64,000 bases of DNA from Chloroflexota bacterium. Lineage in GTDB: Bacteria > Chloroflexota > UBA11872 > VXNJ01. Position 1 is the stretch's first letter, and every line of letters starts with the position of its first letter. The stretch covers positions 1,248,001 to 1,312,000 of the forward strand of contig OZ253449.1 of the NCBI GenBank assembly GCA_965261345.1. Direction: 5' to 3'. A program made the position numbers and the translations under genes. This document shows, piece after piece, positions 59,395 through 64,000 of the stretch. The notes under the pieces were generated by a model. That model ran no database searches. It saw only the letters and a list, made by a program, of their open reading frames with translations, and was not told where the DNA came from.

Positions 59395-60759
59395 TGGCAG
59401 GTCCCCGGTTTTGGTACCAGGTGGTTTGAGACATTGTCTTGTGGGAGGGTGCCGCCAGCTCTCCTGCAGGAGAGCTGGCGGCGAAGCTGATATTGCGGCC
59501 GCCCGTAGCACCCACGAAGACGGACGCCAGGCCGTCGATGAGGCCGGCCAGCAGCAGCCGGATTGCAACCGGAAGTTGATCCATCACGCCGCCGCCTCGA
59601 TCGCTTCCAGGGGCGCCAGGTAGCCGAGCGCCGAGTGCGGGCGCACGGTGTTGTAGTCGATCCGGAAGCGCTCCAGCATCACCCTGGCTTCTTCGAGGGT
59701 GAAGAATATCTCGCGGTCCAGGAGCTCGTCGCGGAGCTTGGATATGAACGATTCCGCATAGGCGTTCTCCCAGGGCGCTCCGGGCTTTATGTAGACGGTC
59801 TTGACGCTGTTGCCAGATAGCCATTGCCTTATCGCTTTGGCGGTAAATTCGGGGCCGTTGTCAGAGCGGATGTGCTCGGGGACCCCGTGGATGAGCATGA
59901 GGTCGGCGATTGTCTCGATCACGTCCCGGGCAGGGAAGGATCGGGCCGCCCGGGCCGCTAAGGCCACGCGGGTGAACTCATCGACCACGGTAAGGATCCG
60001 CAGTGGTCTGCCGTCCTCGGTGCGCTGGTTAAGCAAAGTCGTAGGCCCAGACGTGATTCGGGCGCTCGGCCATAAGCCGCGTAGAGCGTCCGTTCTCCAG
60101 CCAGAGGCGCGACTTCTTGACCTTTCGGATCGGGACCTTAAGGCCCTGCGCGCGCCAGATGCGCAATACCCGTTTGCGGTTCAGTTTCCAGCCCGAGTGT
60201 TTAAGCAGGGCGGTGATGCGCTTGTAGCCATAGCGGGGGTGCTTGAGGGAAAGCATCCTGATCTCGGCTACGAGGTTGTCCTGCTCCGGATCGGGTTTTG
60301 GGATGTAGCGCTGGGTGCGGCGCGATTGGCCCAGCACCCGGCAGGCTCTTCGTTCAGACACCGGGAACTTGGCCCGGACGTGGTCGACGCACTTGCGCCG
60401 CCGCTCCGGGCTTAGAAGTTTCCTTAAGGCCTCTCATTGAAGGATCTGGTTGTCGAGCGTTAGATCGGCCACCGCGTGTTTTAAGCGCTTGTTCTCCTCG
60501 CGCAGGCGCTTGTTCTCCTTGGCCTCGGCGAGCGTCATCCCGCCGTAGCGGGAGCGCCAGCGGTAATAGGTCTGGACGTTGATCGCCGCCTTGCGGCAGC
60601 TCTGCTCGACGGTGTCGCCCTGGGCGACACCAAGCTCTATGGCCCGGAGCTTGTTGATGATCTGTTCGGGCGAGTACTTTCGCTTCGCCATTGCAGTCCC
60701 CTTTCGTTGGAACCAGATTATTCACATTCCCTCTGGTACCAATGAGGGGGAGCCGGCCA
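59395..60759 (-). mobile_element. Full-length IS3-family element, ORFs disrupted
   Basis: Imperfect TG..CA IRs; 4-bp TSD CTTG (59391-94, 60760-63); orfA 60434-60691; orfB ~60410-59584 with a +1 frameshift near 60030; SDNGPEF and PWENAY.ESF. Confidence 0.93.
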
Positions 60760-61013
60760 CTTGGACGCGGCAATATTGATTGGTCCGCAATGTATTCAAC
60801 CAGGGCTTGGCCACTACACAAAGGCTGGCTTCCGGGCGCGCTGGAGTGTGCGACCGCCCCTCCTGATGCCGCGGCCGGGACGCTGGTAACATAGGCGCGC
60901 GCTCTTCAATAATGTATTTCGGTTAAGAAAAGCGATGTGTCAGGCCGAAGCATCCAGATCGGCCGATCTGGGATTGTGTCGTCAACAAGCCTGCCAAGCA
61001 AGGAATCTGAACT

Positions 61014-61961
61014 ATGGGAATCGACCCGGCGTTGTTTCGTCCCGAGGCGATCAGTGCGGAAATGCGGGCCTTTAATGCCCGCCTGGGGGAATTGATGGCC
61101 CAGGACCCGGGTGAGGAAATCACACCCGAGTACATGCGGCGGCGGCGGCGCGAGGGCAGCCCCTAGCAGATACCACAGCGCAGGCTCGATGTTGGAATCG
61201 ATGACAGTTGCCCCGGACCCGACGGGCCGGTTCCGCTGCGAATTTTTGTGCCCGAGCGCTGCGAGGGCGTTTACCTTCACATCCACGGTGGAGGATGGGT
61301 GTTCGGTGGCGCCGATCTTGAGGACGAAAGTCACTGGCGTAGGGCCCAGGAGTGCAACGTAGCGGTGGTAAGCGTGGAGTACCGACTTGCGCCCGAGCAC
61401 CCGTACCCGGCCGCACCTGACGACTGCGAGGCGGCCGCGATCTGGCTGGTCGAAAACGCGTCCAAACGTTTTGGGTCAGATCGGCTTCTCATCGGGGGTG
61501 AATCAGCTGGAGGGAATCTTTCGGCGGTCACCCTGCTGCGGATGCGCGATAAGCACGGGTTCACCGGCTGGTCGGGCGCCGACCTGATGTACGGCGCCTA
61601 CGAATTCGCCGGCGGCACTCCGGCGCGAGAGATAGTCGGACGCAACAGCCTGGTGCTGCGAGCAGAAACGATGGAACGCACGTTGCGGAGCTACTTTGGT
61701 TCCGTCGATCTCACTGATCCGGACGTTTCGCCGCTACGGGCCTGCCTGCACGACATGCCGCCGGCGCTGTTTAGCTGCGGTACCGCCGATCCGCTAATCG
61801 ACGACACCCTTTTCATGCACGCGCGCTGGATCGCAGCGGGCATCCGGGCCAAGATCGCGATCTACGCGGGGGCCACCCACGCCTTCGATGATTTCAAGGC
61901 ACCGCCGACGGAGTCGTCCCACCAGCGTCGATTCGAGTTCATCCGCAGCGTCCTGGCGTGA
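61014..61961 (+). pseudogene. HSL-family alpha/beta hydrolase interrupted by an in-frame TAG
   Basis: ATG 61014 is in frame with HGGGW, EYRLAPEHPYPA, GESAGG, DPL, HAF; TAG at 61164. Confidence 0.75.
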
Positions 61962-62162
61962 TCTGACGGGAACTGATCCGAACCCTTTAAGAGACCCCAT
62001 CCTCGTGGCGGTTGCAAAATCAGCCGCCCAGATGCGCGAGTTCCGCCGGGACCTGATCGTGCCGCGGCATCGGCGCAAACGCTGGACAATTGCCCCGACC
62101 GAGGGCGGATGCAGCCCGGTGCCGCGCTTGAATCTGCAGGCGTTACTAGTGTCGACGGCGTC

Positions 62163-62570
62163 CTAGGCCAGATTCACCTGCCAGCTCACTCCGAAACGGT
62201 CGTTGATCCAACCAAATTTTCGGCTGAATCCGTAGGTATCAGCCGGCATTAGCAGCTTGCCCGCTTCCGCCAACCCGCCAAAGATGCGTTCGAATTCGGG
62301 CTCGCTTTCAACCTCAATAAATAGCGAAAGCGACGGCGTAAACGAGAACTGGTGCGCGACGGCGCTGTCGATTGCCATTACTTCGAGCCCGTCAATTGAG
62401 AACCGAACCAGCCGAACCGTCCCCGCATCGCCATTTTCATCTCCGGGGCCGTAACGGTCGATTTCAATCACGCGCGAACGCGGAATAAGCTCCACGTAAA
62501 AATTGATCGCTTCTTCGGCTCGACTGTGCTGTTCACCAGCAAACATTAGGAATGGCGCAATTTTTTGCAT
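62163..62570 (-). CDS. VOC/PhnB-like protein
   Basis: IAPFLMF, AEEAINFY, FSFTPSLS, FGWINDRFGVSWQ. Confidence 0.9.
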   Translation of the reverse strand: MQKIAPFLMFAGEQHSRAEEAINFYVELIPRSRVIEIDRYGPGDENGDAGTVRLVRFSIDGLEVMAIDSAVAHQFSFTPSLSLFIEVESEPEFERIFGGLAEAGKLLMPADTYGFSRKFGWINDRFGVSWQVNLA

Positions 62571-63164
62571 TGTTCCTGCAGCTTCATTTGCCCGCGGGGT
62601 CCGGCGGGATTATTGCTGGCCGGACGGGTCGATCGGGATCCGAGCCAGAAAACGCCCAATTCTTGAATTGTTCCCGAGGACAGCAGATCCGATACCGTGT
62701 GGATGCGGGAGCGGCCTTCGATACCGAAATCAGGCCTGGTTGCCGCGGCAGGACTTGCCCGCTGTCGCCCGGCTCGGTGCTTGGGGCGGTCTGATCCGGA
62801 GTTAGCTCGATCGCCTTTTTTTGATAGATCTGGATCCTGAACGCGCCAAGGTCGGCGACGAACAGTCTTATCTGCTCGTCCACCAATACCGAATCGGACC
62901 CGCATCGCGGCCGGTCCATGCTATTCGGGCGCGGTCCGGCCAGGTTTGGACCCGCGCACTCAAGACGCTGTACCCGGGTCTGTCCCGCCCGTTTGTCTTT
63001 CGATCGCGCAACACCTCGAAGGTTTTCCACCAACGCTTGCCGCGAAACCAAAGTTACCTACTTGCAAACCGGCGCAAAACGGGAATTGGCCAAATCGATA
63101 TTGCCTACCATCGATTCGGGAATATCTTCATTTGACTTGAGAACTGGACTGTTTGCCGATGCGG

Positions 63165-63536
63165 ATGCAACTTGGCGCTTTTTCGATCAGCCTCGCGGTT
63201 GCCGACATCGATGCTTCCTGCGCCTTCTACCAAAGATTCGGGTTCGAAGTCGTTGGCGGAGATCGCGAGCAGAACTGGTTCATCCTGCGCAACGGCGATC
63301 ACACCATCGGTCTTTTTCAGGGAATGTTTGAGAAGAACATCCTCACGTTCAATCCGGGTTGGGATAAATTCGCAAACCCGCTCGATTCGTTCACCGAAGT
63401 GCGGGACCTGCAGCGACGGCTCAAATCCGAGGGCCTAACACTTGCGAGTGAAGCCGACGAGAACGGTTCTGGCCCGGCCAGTTTTGTGGCCGTAGACCCC
63501 GACGGCAATCCAATCCTGGTCGATCAGCATGTATAG
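63165..63536 (+). CDS. VOC/glyoxalase family protein
   Basis: [39 protein letters not shown]. Confidence 0.9.
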   Translation: MQLGAFSISLAVADIDASCAFYQRFGFEVVGGDREQNWFILRNGDHTIGLFQGMFEKNILTFNPGWDKFANPLDSFTEVRDLQRRLKSEGLTLASEADENGSGPASFVAVDPDGNPILVDQHV

Positions 63537-63711
63537 GGAATCGCGGTCTGCATAGATTGAGTAACCGCCTCAATCGCTATCGGTATTGACCAATTGCGGC
63601 TACCAAGGCGGGAACAATGGGATTTCCTTGTGTGGTAATCTGGCCGCCGTCGAAGGCGATTAATCCTGCCTCCGGCCGCAGTCATTCCATGCTGAACCAC
63701 CGAGGCAGGCT

Positions 63712-64000
63712 TTAGCGCCGGTCTTGCGCCTCCACCCAAGCGGTTACCCGCTCGTTGGCGGCTTTGATCAGGGGGACGTTGTCGGGATCCTCGCGTTCCA
63801 TCTCGTCGAGGAGTCCGCGCCTGCGGGCCTTGTTGCGCTGGTAGGCCCCGCAAAGGTGGAAGCCCACGCAACCAGGGTTCTGCTGCAGCTCGCCCAAAAC
63901 CGAGGCATACCAAGCGCCGTCGTTGGGCACGAATCCATCGGGGCCGACACTCCCTACGCGGGCGGCATCTGCCAGCAGAACTGGTTTGGCGGTGTTGCGG
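63712..64000 (-). CDS. C-terminus of a putative glycoside hydrolase (agarase-like); starts beyond the window
   Basis: KPVLLAD...NPGCVGFHLCGAY.RN..RRRGL; frame open to the window end. Confidence 0.5.
   Translation of the reverse strand, partial: RNTAKPVLLADAARVGSVGPDGFVPNDGAWYASVLGELQQNPGCVGFHLCGAYQRNKARRRGLLDEMEREDPDNVPLIKAANERVTAWVEAQDRR

Noticed and set aside
62700-63135. Possible NHL-repeat gene remnant (VDEQIRLFVADLGAFRIQIYQK, minus strand)
   Set aside because: Only one short motif and broken frames; too weak to call

Overview
High-GC bacterial chromosome segment, probably Chloroflexota (inferred from gene order and protein styles). 1-37.6 kb is mostly core and metabolic genes: 3-hydroxyacyl-CoA dehydrogenase, sulfatase, GH127, nitroreductase, glnK-amtB, glnA, tandem enolase-superfamily paralogs, ileS-alaX, PSP1-holB, rpsO-pnp-dapB-asd-dapA-udg-rnj-ftsK, trxA and leuS. 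About 38-57.7 kb is accessory. It holds an NDT/MFS/enolase cluster and a lower-GC defence-like patch, where a DUF1883-TIR gene is divergent from a DRT4/UG15-like reverse transcriptase that has a hairpin-rich upstream region. It also holds nested IS256, IS21, IS3, IS110 and group II intron remnants and two toxin-antitoxin pairs. The clearest result is an intact IS621-like IS110 element. Its bridge-RNA guides can be read from the sequence and match both its own donor junction and the P-R-Y-G codons of the IS3 transposase gene it interrupts; an empty target site is present in a second IS3 copy. Also notable are an IleRS with a GVHH signature and a PNPase with a long RGG-repeat tail. All family assignments are by-eye motif recognition; no database searches or folding programs were run.
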